A DNA stretch of 64,000 nucleotides, taken from contig NC_042999.1 of assembly GCF_006345805.1 (NCBI RefSeq), positions 84,754,001 through 84,818,000 on the forward strand, given 5' to 3'. The translations under genes and the position numbers were made by a program. Below are positions 26,278 to 41,149 of the stretch, piece after piece. The stretch's first letter is position 1. Every line of letters begins with the position of its first letter. This DNA comes from Octopus sinensis (taxonomy: Eukaryota). A model generated the notes under the pieces. The model had not been told where the DNA came from, ran no database searches, and saw only the letters and a program-made list of their open reading frames with translations.

Positions 26278-28418
26278 TGTAATGTCATTAGTTCACTCAA
26301 ATTTACAGATATTCAAACATAGACAATTGCTAACACAAATACACACACATATGAGTTTATAGATGTTTGCGTACTTACACATGTAAGTGCATACACACAC
26401 AGAGAAAGGAAGTGAAGCATACAGATAGCTAAAGAGCGAATAAAAAACGAGTGCTCGGTAATGTAGACGCTAAATATTTGAATTTCTTATCTGAATTATT
26501 CCTAGTCACATAAATGTCGATATTTCGGCTATAATGACTGAGGTTTGAGCTGGTCACGTTTTCTAATAAAGTTGGTTTTCATAGGATAATAACTAAAGCT
26601 TGTTCTTTTTAGATAATTTGTGTCACATAATGGAACCCAAGAGAGACCCAAGAGGTGTATTGTAGTTACTATTTTATAAGTGCTGGACATAATCCGATTT
26701 GACTGTGTTTCGTATATTTTGAGAGTATAGTAAAAAATAAGTATAGTAGTGAATGTGGGACAATTACTAGGAATAATTTTAATTTCAGTAAAAATATAGT
26801 AAAATATTTCGAATAGCATTAGGAATTAACAGTTTAAGCAGTATGGCAGTGATCTTGTTAATGTATAATCAAAGATAACAGTTACAAGATTCTGATAAGG
26901 AGCAGCTTTATCTGAGATGTTCCTAACTTATCACGAGCAGGTCATTTCGTTAGCACAGAAACTTGTTTGCTTTTAACGACACAAGGAAGTTGAGATTCTG
27001 TTTCACTTTCACTATGAGGGAGTGTGTATGAGAAGTGAATCTTTCCTGAGGTACTGTGAATCCTTGTAATTTTCCAGTATACCATCAGTATACTGAAAGT
27101 AGCGTGTCTTTCTTGACTATTCCTCAGGAAAACCAATATAAACTCGCACCCAATTCATCTCAGCCAGCAGATTTGTTACTAGCTCGGTATTGATGTTTAT
27201 GTTCAGATTAGACTTGATTCAGGCGAATTCATGTAATATATGGTATTGAAGCTGCAAAAACCACCAGCTGAACGGAAAGGTCAGCTTTGCTTTGCAGGTT
27301 CCACTTCCATCAAACATACACACAATTTCAAGCACAAACATGTCCGTGCGTTTTATGTGTGTGTGTGTGTTTTGTGCTTTGTGTAAAAGTATATATATAT
27401 ACTCTATCTCTCGATTTGACTTTTGTGACGCCGCATACATTTATATTCATTATTAGTGTGGGATGATCTGATCATTGCTTTGCTGTTTATCTTTGTTCAT
27501 CGGCTGTTATTTTTCTTTCCCTTCATTTCTTTACTTTTTTGTGGCGTCGTATTTATTTCTTTCGAATGTACTGATGAGACGTGATGCTTTTAATGTGTTT
27601 GCTGTTAATTTTTAAACCTACATGTCAATTTAATTAATACCGTTTGCATAGTTTTTGGGCGGAGGTGCCGTGATATACATATTGCGTTTGTGAATATTGA
27701 TCCTTTTTTTAAAAATAAATTATGCTTTGATCAAATATAGGAAATTTTCATACCTTGTTCTTTGTAAATGTTGGCCTTGTAAGTTAGTAGAACTCATTAA
27801 GGATATAATAATTTATAGATATGGTACTGATATTGTGCTTTATCGTGGCTGAGTGATTTTTGTTGAAAATTCACAGCCAATCAACAAATGCAAAACGGAA
27901 AACAATGAACAGAGACGAGCAATATACTGACCGTACACCACATCAACATCTAGAAATGTAACAACAAACTGAATTTGAAGTATTCTGCGGGAAGATCCCT
28001 TACGAAAATTTAGCTTTCATCAACAAGAAGTTTTTTGAGCTAGAATTCCATTCTATCTTAGTGGAGTCAACAAGCAACTGTATATGTATGATAGGTAGCT
28101 AACGCGGTAAAGCATACAGTGAAATCTTAGTGAGTGGGACGGAGAAAAGGCTAAGCAAGGAATGATGTACATTGACAAATGGCGACTAGGATGGGGGTGG
28201 GGACTAAGATTTATTGGAGATGAAATGGAATGGAATGTGTATTTCAATAAAACGAAATATCCACCAATAATGGATTTGTTAATTCCTAATACGTTCTGGC
28301 AGATTCGAACGAAAATATCTGATCGCAGTGATATTAAGAACTAGATCATGTTAACTTAAGATACATTTTCCTTTGATAAAATGGATCTACAGAAGAAACT
28401 TAAGAAAGCAGTCTTCCG

Positions 28419-29720
28419 CTAGAAAAGCACTCGGAGAGTGCAGACCTCCGCCCAGCAGCTCATTTCCACTCATATACACGCATGCTGAAAATCGCCCAAT
28501 TTCCTAAACCAACGCTGGAAAAAGTGTAACTTCCTTAGTGGGGGTAAAAAAATAACACAGCCGTATGATTTTTAAAACAAAAAACTTCTAAAAGCGTGGA
28601 ATCATCTGAAGCAGTTATAATACATCAATGAAACAGAAAGCTAGTTTCACCATACAAATAAAGAGAAACAACAATTACCTAAAACTTGGAAAATTAACAG
28701 TCGGTTATGGTGACTTGTGGACGCCGATCCTGGTTCACGTAAACATGATCTAGTAGGCTTCCATAGTCGGTGGTGGGTTTTTGGACTAGTTGGTCGAACC
28801 CAAACTGGTTCATACTTGTCAAGATCTCATGGTTTGGGTAATCAAGGAGATCCATGTTGAAATCACCTAGAACGATGGTCAGATGATTCCTTGGCAAAGA
28901 TCTTATAAGATGATGCAGGCTGGTGAGGAAAGGAGCAACTGGTACGGAAGGAGATCTGTTAATGGTGATGATATTGATTTTTGCTGACGAGATGGTCACC
29001 ACAGCAGCAGTGTACTCTAAGCCACTGATATTCAAATGTATATCCGTGAGGGCGATCTCCTGCTTGGCAACAGTCATCACCCCACCTCTACGCCCCAGTG
29101 CAGCAGGCCTGTCTGCTCTAGTGATCTTCGGCTGCGGTAGGATAGATGCTATACGTTGAGTCATGTTCAAAGTAGGACCTGATATTGAGCAGTTTGATCT
29201 GCAGTCCTCCATGAGTAACTGTGGGAGCAGTAGAAGGCAAAGTTTCAGACGACGTTTGCTGTCGAAGGCTGTCCATTTCACGAACAGCAGATGGACTAGT
29301 GCGGATTGTTTCGCTGCCGTTTGTTTATGTAGTTTGATTTCCTTGTCTATCAGTTTCTAGTAAGATAGATACGCGAGTAAAATTACTAATAGAGAAACGG
29401 AAATAAACTTTGGAAACAGCAACGCCACCATTGGTTACGTGGAAACAATGAAAGTGTTTTCAAGGGAGATAATCAAAGAACGTAACATTGTAATACTTCA
29501 TGTAAAGTAAATATAACAAATGAAAAATCCTTCAAGACTCCATAAAAATTCCCAGATCACTACCAAAATTTCATCATCTGTTCCCTGTGTCATTTCAAAC
29601 TGTAAGTTTCCTCAAATACCGTTCCCAACTTTTTGAGTTATTTTGCACACAGTGGGACAGGCAGACAGACGGACAAACCAACGCCGATGAAAATATAACC
29701 TCCTTCCTTGGCAGAGGTAA
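28419..29720 (-). mobile_element. Non-autonomous Helentron (HINE/DINE-1-like rolling-circle element) carrying an AP-endonuclease fragment
   Basis: Minus-strand 5' end TTACCTCTGCCAAGGAAGGAGGTT followed by a GTCY-type microsatellite. 3' end CTGGGCGGAGGT (subTIR) + GCACTCtccGAGTGC hairpin + TTTTCTAG. Internal EEP-domain ORF. Confidence 0.8.
28694..29140 (-). pseudogene. Apurinic-type (EEP) endonuclease fragment of Helentron RepHel-EN type
   Basis: RADR..RGGV, ITINRSP, IVLGDFNMDLL, QLVQKPTTDYGSLLDHVYVN; ends at TDC* before the expected SDH motif. Confidence 0.85.
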
Positions 29721-30115
29721 TTAAGAATAAATAAATAAACAAATAAATAAATAAAATGTTATTTGGATTTTCGCTGTTCTGCGTGCAACCCATTCAAAAC
29801 ATTAGTCAACAAAACAACAAATAACACAGTACAATGGTACAACAATTGCCATCAGGAAAGAGCACGGTTATACACTTTAGCGATGTCCTTAACTAAATGA
29901 CAGAGAGTAAAAAGATAAATCTGTTCAGTCGGCAACTTGAAAGCAAAAACAAAGGAGAAAAGGAATGGAGATCTTTGGCATGAGTGAAAGAGGCTGGCTG
30001 AGAGCGACAAGAAGCAAAGTAAATAGACATTCTGAAATGGCGTAGCACAGAAGGAGAAAGGAAATACAGTGTATCGAATACATTATGTATATATAGTGCA
30101 GACTCTGTGTGTGTA

Positions 30116-30205
<90 letters not shown>

Positions 30206-31068
30206 GTGTGTGTGTGCGTGTTGCAAAGGCGCAAAGGCGCCATGAAATCTAATCAAATAATATATGAGTTATAATACTTATTAATTCACAATATTACTGC
30301 TTTGCTGGAATCTGCTCTGGCATAAGTGTACAAAGAATATGCAATACTTGAAAACCGATTACTTCTGAAAATAGACGTAAAGTCTCTTGCAAATAAGAAG
30401 CATGATTAATTAACATTTCAAGAGATTTCTAGTGAGCTTGCTAATAATAGTCTGATTCCGATATCTTATTTATGTTGTAAACCTCAACTATCTACAATAT
30501 ATATCACAAACACAAAAGGATGTTGAATCAATTGGAATAATTTCTTTCCATAAGTTTATCACTTGTTGAAGTACTGCTACACCCAAATCATTTATTTTAT
30601 AAGCCGAAACGGCGCACATTCTCTCCTGATGACCCCATATACTTGCTGGCTTCCAGTATGCGAAGCTTTCGACTGGTAGCACTTGTACGTGCAAGTTATT
30701 TGCAAAATATATACGTGACAAGCTTTTAGTTACCTCCACCAAGTCTATTTACAAGTTGGTGAGCCAGTGGCTAGTCTCTTGCTCATATGGCCACGCTGTG
30801 ATACTACGAGTAAACCCAATAACACATGGTTGGGGAGCAAGTTTCTTAGCCACACAACGACACCTATTAGAAACCTTTTGAATTTTTTCAAAAATATGGT
30901 CGCAAACTCAACAAAAGGAACCAATTTTTCTACGCAAATTTCAGCCGTTTTTCACGATAAATTAGGACAAACAAACAAAAGATCTGTAAAGGGGGAAATG
31001 ACAATTATTCTCAAAATTACAGAGCGAAGGAAAACACATTTTATTTAGAAAGAGATTCCATAAACAAC

Positions 31069-31265
31069 GGTAGCGGCTGATTAGCGACTTTTCGTTCGTC
31101 TTTGTTCTGAGTTCAAAAAATCCGCCGAGATTGATTTTGCCACTGATCCTTTCGATGTCGATAAAATAAGTAACAGTTAAACATTGGAATCGATAACATC
31201 AACTAGCCCATTCCTCAAAAAATTACAGTCCTTGTTCCTATCGTAAAAAGGATTATTATTATTAT
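31069..31265 (+). mobile_element. SINE family D (decayed)
   Basis: gttctgagttcaaa..tccgccgag...cctttcgatgtcgataaaataagta; ATT tail. Confidence 0.8.
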
Positions 31266-31267
31266 GA

Positions 31268-31510
31268 TTTTCCTTCTTAATATAAGTTTTGTTGGAACTC
31301 CTGGAATCTTGCGTGCGTAGCGGGCTTGGTGCCTGCAGTCTATGGTACCATGCTATCTGTCCTTTTTAACTTTTTTTTTATACTTTCCTGATTATTCTGG
31401 CCGTGCCAAGGAGATAAACCTTTTGTAACAGTTCTACTTGGCACTCTATTCCGATTGATTTATATTCCTCTTGATGTCATCTGATACTGTCCTAAAGGTC
31501 TCAAAAATAG
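31268..31510 (-). mobile_element. 3' end of R4/Dong-type LINE
   Basis: IGIECQVELLQKVYLLGTARIIRKV (cf. LQKxALLGTARILRKVL) plus 3' UTR; AAT repeats on both sides. Confidence 0.8.
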
Positions 31511-31516
31511 GTGGCA

Positions 31517-31540
31517 ATTATTATTATTATTATCATTATA

Positions 31541-31596
<56 letters not shown>

Positions 31597-31619
31597 CATC
31601 ATCATCATCATCATCATCA

Positions 31620-31683
<64 letters not shown>

Positions 31684-31685
31684 CA
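31517..31685. repeat. (ATT)n/(ATC)n microsatellite
   Basis: Direct runs. Confidence 0.97.
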
Positions 31686-32141
31686 TTGTTGCTGTTATCT
31701 TTTTTCAATTATGTTTCCATTTCTTACCAAGTGTCTTCCCAACACCTAGTGAGAGTAAATTCTGTATAAATACTTAAATATGATTTCTGATAAAGTTTTG
31801 AGTAAGCACTACACACTTTCTCCTATCAAATACTGTCTACAGATTATTTATGTATATATGCTCATATACAATCATGATTTTTGATGAACATAGAAATAAT
31901 TATGAATATATTTTAACGCCTATTTTGAACACTTTTATGCAAACTGTTTAAACACAAAGCCCCTCTTCACATTTTCTTAACATTGTCAGAGATTCTATTC
32001 CTGAATTTTAATACATCTATGTTAACCATTTTTTAACACCACAGAGGCTACACAAACCCTTACATTTTACTTTCGAAAATCCTTTTTTAAGTGAAACCTG
32101 TCAAGTCAATCTAAATGACCTCTGCGTTTTGAAATCCTCTC

Positions 32142-32305
<164 letters not shown>

Positions 32306-32527
32306 GAAATACAAAATAGGAGAAGAACGTAAAACATTCGGACAGTTAGGTGATACAAAAAGGGACAACAAAACATCCAAATAGACGATACAAAGAAAAC
32401 AAAGATGGGTCATTTGAAGCCCCCAGTCAAGCACCAGATTATCATCGCAATTTCGGCTGATTATTCCTGAGATTGCTCCAATATGGACAGCCCCAAGGAA
32501 AAAGTAGGCTAAGAGCATTAGATACTA

Positions 32528-32684
32528 CTGTGTTTGCGCCCCCGTAACCTAGCGGTTCGGCAAGACACCCTGATATAATTAAGCACTAGGCTTACAAAAT
32601 ATAAGTCCTGGGGTCTATTTGTTCGAATAAATGTGGTGCCCTTGCATGGCCGCTGTCAAATGACTGAAAGAGTCAAAAAGTAAA
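32528..32684 (+). mobile_element. 3' part of SINE family C
   Basis: Homologous to 4785-4935. Confidence 0.85.
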
Positions 32685-33426
32685 TCTGTTAAAGTAAGAT
32701 AACTGTGTTATCTTCATTTTTGCTTAATTTGGACGACTATTTATTCACCGCATCCTCTGAATATACATACAATGTATATGTACGCACATTTGTATGCACG
32801 TACATATGTATTTACATGAATACGTATGTGAATACATACATGCATATATAAATACATATACGCATATTTATACATGTATGCATGTATTTAGACATACGTA
32901 CCTACGCACTTATATACATATACATATACATACACTCACACATACATACACATATAATTTTTTTTTCATTGGCACTGTTATGATAATTCTGATATTGTCG
33001 ATTATAACAATGATGACAATGATGATGATAACAATAATAAAACTAATGATAACAGAGTTAACAATTAGTAGCAATAATACTAATAGGAATAGAAAGAAAA
33101 GAGTAAAAATACATCAGGAAATATATACATTGTATTTATAACAAAAAGACACCAACATTTGCTATGAAACAGAGAATTAATTGACGGATTACAATCACAG
33201 AGGACAACCCATCAATAATAAATGAACAGCACAAGCATTCACATAAACGAAAACATAAATAAATGTTCCAAAAATTATACCATGTTTTTTTTTCTGTTTA
33301 CCAAAATCACATTCTTTACAACACTTTTTTCTGGTTTTTTTTTGTATTTCCTGTTTCTTGACTGATGGATAACTTTTATATTATAAAATTTCAACTGGTT
33401 TTCTTTTCTTCGGTTTCCTTTAAAAT

Positions 33427-35715
<2,289 letters not shown>

Positions 35716-36287
35716 AATGGTGTGGGCATGTATGAGTTACAACCGACTGGTGGGGCCATTTTTTATCGAATCGAAAGTGACGTAAATAGGGTCACGAAAC
35801 TGAAACTTTTACAAAACAAGTTCTCCCTAAGTTAAAGGAACAAGAAGACTCTGAAGAATTATAGTGGCAGCAGGATGGTGCTTCCCTACATTATTCACTG
35901 GCTGTCCCCACACTAGCTGAACGAAATTTTCCCTGATTGTTGCATTGCGAGGCGAGAGCCTGTGGAGTAGCCGGTTCGCTCACCTGATTTAACACCACCA
36001 GACCTTTTTTGTGGAGTTATTTAAAAGATCGTGTCTATCGTCAAAAAATTAACATTCTTGAACATCTTAAACAAGTTATTATCGGAGAATGTGGAACAAT
36101 GCCAGTAGACATGTGTCAAAATGTTTCAGTACGGTTACAAGCTTGTGTTGCAATAGAAGGAGGCCCAGTTGATCATGGAAAACGGATTTAACTTAACAAT
36201 GCATTTGTTAACTTTGAACATTTGTGTACTTATAAGCATATTAATGAATATAACTAACAAGTGAGTCATGAATTCTGGCCCACCCTG
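35716..36287 (+). mobile_element. 3' half of Tc1/mariner DD41D (rosa-type) transposon with right TIR
   Basis: MVWACMS..LVGPFF; WQQDGA..H; PVRSPDLTPPDLFLWSYLKDRVY; 41 residues between the 2nd and 3rd Asp after correcting one frameshift; ends ...GGCCCACCCTG|TA. Confidence 0.88.
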
Positions 36288-36312
36288 TATATATATATAT
36301 ATATATATATAT

Positions 36313-36465
36313 ACGACGGACTTGTTTCAGTTTCCGAGTATCAAATCCACTCACAAGTCTATAGTCGGCCTGAGGTTTTAGCAAAAAACATTTGCCCAAA
36401 ATACTGAACTCGAAACCATGTGGTTGGGAAGCAAACTTCTTATCATACAGCCACGCCTCAGCCTA
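36313..36465 (-). mobile_element. 5' half of SINE family C
   Basis: Reverse complement of 4555-4690 (ttcagtttccg..ta.caaatccactcacaag). Confidence 0.8.
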
Positions 36466-36630
36466 TGAGCAGATACATTTATATTGTTTGAATATTATTA
36501 AAGTAGACAAATAATTCTTTGTAGTAACTGCTTACAAACTTTTGACTAAGACGAGAAGCTCCTGAGCTATTTGACCACACACGTTGGAAAACGCGTTTTC
36601 GTATGTGCATATATATTTATATATATATAT

Positions 36631-36689
<59 letters not shown>

Positions 36690-37181
36690 ATTATTTTAGA
36701 GTTCTTTATTTTATTAATTTATGTTATGTTATACCCAATTCCCATGATACTTAGTGTCTGACAGTGGGAGCGGCCATTTGCACTTGAACAAGAAGGATTA
36801 AACCTTATGTCGTAAAGTAATCTACCTTTTTTACTTGTTTTTACTACTTTTATTTACTAAGTTTCTAATGTAAGTAGTTGTATTTACTAATTAATCTTTA
36901 TTATTGATTATTAACTCACATTTGACATAAAATATGTTTTATCATACTAGTATTGACAGGGGTATATTTTACACTAAATTATTAATTTCTATAATTTTTG
37001 TTTAGATATATTACAAGATTTGATATGTTTCTAATTCAATCGTTAATAATTTCCTTAGGTAGGCCATTTTCAATATATATCGTAATTGCACTCCGGATAT
37101 TTAATATATATTTTAATTTTTTTTTAATATTTGCAATTTTTATTGGTAATATGATTTTTAACTTTTAATCGTACATAATAA

Positions 37182-37269
37182 TAATAGCCTGAGGTTGCAC
37201 TGAAAGATTTATGTATTAAGCATAGCCTTAATACACACCCCGTCAGCATAGAAACACGTGTAACTATTA
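37182..37269 (+). ncRNA. Degenerate minimal type I hammerhead ribozyme motif, Penelope type
   Basis: TAATAGC-CTGAGGT-[stem II region with hairpin TGTATTAAG/CTTAATACA]-GAAAC-ACGT-GTA-ACTATTA; one core mismatch and one stem I mismatch. Confidence 0.45.
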
Positions 37270-37419
37270 CTTGTACTACCTTCTTATATTTGTTTAACTA
37301 ATTTTATTTTATGTTATTTTAATTATTGTATTTGATTTAATTTTCTCTGCGTATACAATACCATGAGGTTATCCTGAAATAGGAGTTACTTATCTATTGG
37401 TAAATATCCCAAATTTGTA

Positions 37420-37462
<43 letters not shown>

Positions 37463-37466
<4 letters not shown>

Positions 37467-37775
37467 CGTGATCACCGTGACTGACCAGGCTATCAAATGT
37501 CGTTACACATCGCTGGTCACAATGCGCTTCGCATTCTTTTAGCCTTCAAATGACGCCACCCCGCTGGCTAAGCGAGCAGGTCAACAGTAGAAAGAGTGAG
37601 AGAAAGTTGTGGCGAAAGAGTACAGCAGGGATCGCCACCACCACCCGGCCGGAGCCTCGTGGAGCTTTAGGTGTTTTCACTCAATAAACACTCACAACGC
37701 CCGGTCTGGGAATCGAAACCGCGATCCTACGACCGCGAGTCCGCTGCCCTAACCACTGGGCCATTGCGCCTCCAC
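37463..37775 (-). mobile_element. Full-length tRNA-derived SINE, head A + tail 2, within (TA)n
   Basis: 5' ~185 bp nearly identical to 13903-14085; different 3' module ending (CACGGTGA)x2. Confidence 0.93.
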
Positions 37776-37789
37776 ATACAGATACAGAT

Positions 37790-37824
37790 ATATATATATA
37801 TATTATATATATATAATATATATA

Positions 37825-37898
<74 letters not shown>

Positions 37899-37921
37899 GA
37901 TATATATATATATATATATAG

Positions 37922-37952
<31 letters not shown>

Positions 37953-38025
37953 TATATAATATATATATATATATATATATAATATATATATATAATATAT
38001 ATATATATTATATATATATATATAA
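37790..38025. repeat. Imperfect (TA)n
   Basis: Direct run. Confidence 0.95.
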
Positions 38026-38394
38026 TGAAAAGTAGTATTCGGTACATATGCTGCATGCTAAATATTTGTATTAAAATTTGCACATTAAATTTGTATTACC
38101 CAATATTTCACAGAATGTCACAATAGCCTAATTGTCTCTGCATTATGTATAAAGATCATTCCAGTTAGTCTGACCGTGAGGTGTGAGGGGACGACTAGCT
38201 GGATGCCTGACTGAAGATTGTTACATGCTGTCGCATCAACTGTGATCCAATAGTTAAGAGTAATCTCTCTTGCATTCATTTTAATTTCCAATATAATTTG
38301 ATTAAATTTCAGTATAAATTATAAAATACTGCTATCAATTAATGGTTTAAACGTAGTTATTCATATACAGGGGTATACATAGATTAATAGTTAT

Positions 38395-38847
38395 ATAGCC
38401 GTATGGTTATGAGTTCAAATCCCACTGCGGGGTACCTTATGCAAGTCCTATCTACTATAACCTAGGGCCGACCAAAGCCTTGTGAGTGGATTTGGTAGGC
38501 AGAAACTGAAAGAAGCCTGTCATATGTGTGTGTGTATGTATGTATGTATGTATGTATGTATGTATGTATGTATGTATGTATGTATGTATGTATGTGTATG
38601 TATATAAATATGTATGTATTTATGTACCTATGTGTGTCTGTGTTTGTCCCTCTGCTATTGCTTGACAACCGATGCTGGTGTGTTTATATCCCTGTAACTT
38701 AGCGGTTCGACAAAATAACCGATAGAATAAGTACGAGGCTTACGAAGAATAAGTCCTGGGGTCGATTTCTTCGACTAACACACTTTAAGGCAGTGCTCCA
38801 GCATGGCCGCAGTGAAATGACTGAAATAATTAAAAGATTAAAAGAAT
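38395..38847 (+). mobile_element. SINE family C with expanded internal (TATG)n
   Basis: Collinear with 4555-4944; B-box-like GAGTTCAAATCCC. Confidence 0.9.
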
Positions 38848-39699
38848 ACACATACATGCATGTATGCATACATACATACATGCATACATACATACATACA
38901 TACATACATACATACATACATACATACATACATACATACATACATACATACATACATACATACATTATAGTCTGTCCTTTATAATCTACAGTGGCTGTTC
39001 ATATTTACAGTTGTGTGTCATATATGTAGATGCCACCCCTGCCACAGATTTCTTTCCGCTGCTGCTGAGATCAAGCTCTGTTTATCAATGCACTTTTCAA
39101 ATGACAGTGTATAAATGTGAAGTCTGCTTTATAAATGTCTAACGCTACCGCGTATAATGCAAACAACATCCTGAAATTTTCATACGTTACGTTTCACTTT
39201 TTTATGGGTTATTCGATTTTTTTAACTGCATACTAGTTGTCTTAGTTATAGAGTGCTATTCGCTGATATGGTTTGTGTTTGCCGAGATTAAAAACATTTC
39301 TAGATGAAAAACATGTTCAGTCAGTGTCCAATATAGGCCTTGGATATTTCAGACAATTCCTCTAACAAGCTCGAAAGAAACGAATAGGTAGAAATATGGT
39401 TGTAAACTTCCAAATCCTCAAGTTTGTATTTATATCACTACGTACTCATTGCCAAAGTACGTTAAGATACTAATATGGATAAAAGTTACTTTGTTCTATT
39501 CCTTAAAATTTGATGCTTGATAGTACTAGGTATGCTAGTTATGAGAGGTATCACGTACCACGATGAGAGGTATCACGTACCACGATGTTCGATAGTACAA
39601 GTTACCTACAAGAGATTAGTCTTGCAAACGCTTGTACGGGCAGCATGAATACTCCTGTCTAAATATCGGTTTCCATATCAACGTGTCGAGAAAGAATCA

Positions 39700-39910
39700 C
39701 GATGACTGGTGGAAGCATCAACTGGATTTCCATATGTCAAGACAACATACAATACATTAGGACTTTAAAACACGGGGTTTTCCATCTCCTATATGATTTC
39801 TGATTAGAACTAAAAGTATGTCATTGTTGAGTGTTTTTCATCTCTAGTATTTATTCTATCCCAGGCTTTGTTTCCTGACAGTCTTTGACCCGTGATGGGT
39901 TCCTCCATCT
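39700..39910 (-). mobile_element. Possible very decayed LINE (RTE-like) fragment
   Basis: MEE...LSGNKA motif only; weak. Confidence 0.3.
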
Positions 39911-40549
39911 TTTGACATTAGAACTAAATTTTTCGTAGCTGTTTATTCATAGTTTCCCATGTTCGTTTATTAAAATCAACATATAAAAGAAAGAAACTTG
40001 CAGCTTGATATTGTTTGAAACATTTGATTAAAATAAGACTTCCATAACTGAATATTATTATCATTAGATATATAAATAAATGTGATGTATTATACACGAA
40101 ATATTAGGTAAAAACAGAGGAAAACTGGGATGTTGGACAAGAAAGAGTTATATAAGGAGACAGAGGAAGTTTTATCAAAATAAATGTATAACATAGCGTG
40201 GGTGAAGAGCGATAAGGAAAGAAAAATAGAAAGAGAAGGTAAAAAAGAAATAAACAAACAACAACGAGATGGCAAGAAATGTGACGATTTTAATTATATC
40301 TTAGTACGTTTATCGTTATACAAGCATTTCTGTTAACGAAATCCATAGTTATAAGAAGTGAGGGAGAAAGAATAAGAGCAAACTGGCTGAAGATAGACTA
40401 TTTGAAAGCAAGAGAGTGGTGAAGACAGAAACAATAAGAAGTAGAGCGAAGTACCATTTGTGATGGGGTTTACAAAACGCTAGAAAGATATTTGATAGCC
40501 CTAAGCACAAAATGCTCTGTTTCTTGTCTATGTGTGAGTATATATAAAT

Positions 40550-40609
<60 letters not shown>

Positions 40610-40688
40610 ACGGACGGACGGACAGACAGACAGACAGAGTCAGATAAAATAAAATAAGCCTATGAAGCAGATATGGCTGCAATATATA

Positions 40689-40790
40689 CGAGGAGTGTAT
40701 GAAAAGTCTTGAGCCTAAAAAAAACCATGGTACAAGACTTCTGATGAAGGTACAAGACTTCAAGGCTCAAAACTTTTCATACACCCCTCG
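40689..40790. mobile_element. 102-bp mariner-type MITE
   Basis: TIRs CGAGGAGTGTATGAAAAGTCTTGAGCCT / AGGCTCAAAACTTTTCATACACCCCTCG (28 bp, 2 mismatches); TA on the left, CA on the right. Confidence 0.88.
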
Positions 40791-41149
40791 CATATAGTGA
40801 ATAGTTTGTCGACTTTTTTGTTATCATTCATCAGTGAGTCGGACAGCTGTAAGTTTAATTACATCATTTATATCTTTTGTTGCTTAACTCTAGCTTAGAA
40901 TCTGTATTTAAAGGCGCGAAATATGTTACTCTAAGCTTTCGTTATCGAACTGCCCCTCTCCCCCAAAAAGTCAAGACAATGCTTAAATGTGAACCAAATA
41001 CGACAGAATAATTTCTGTCACTAATTTCCAGACATTATCAAAACAACGTGGGATACTCTTTAATAAAACAGCACAAATGTTAGCTGCTTAGGAAAAGAAA
41101 GCAAGTTAATCAACAGCGAATCGAGGCCATGTAATCTACAGGACAATAA

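Noticed and set aside
39541-39587. 22-bp exact tandem duplication (also a 20-bp pair at 12670-12726) as CRISPR-like repeats
   Set aside because: Only two units, no spacer series, eukaryotic context; ordinary slippage duplications.
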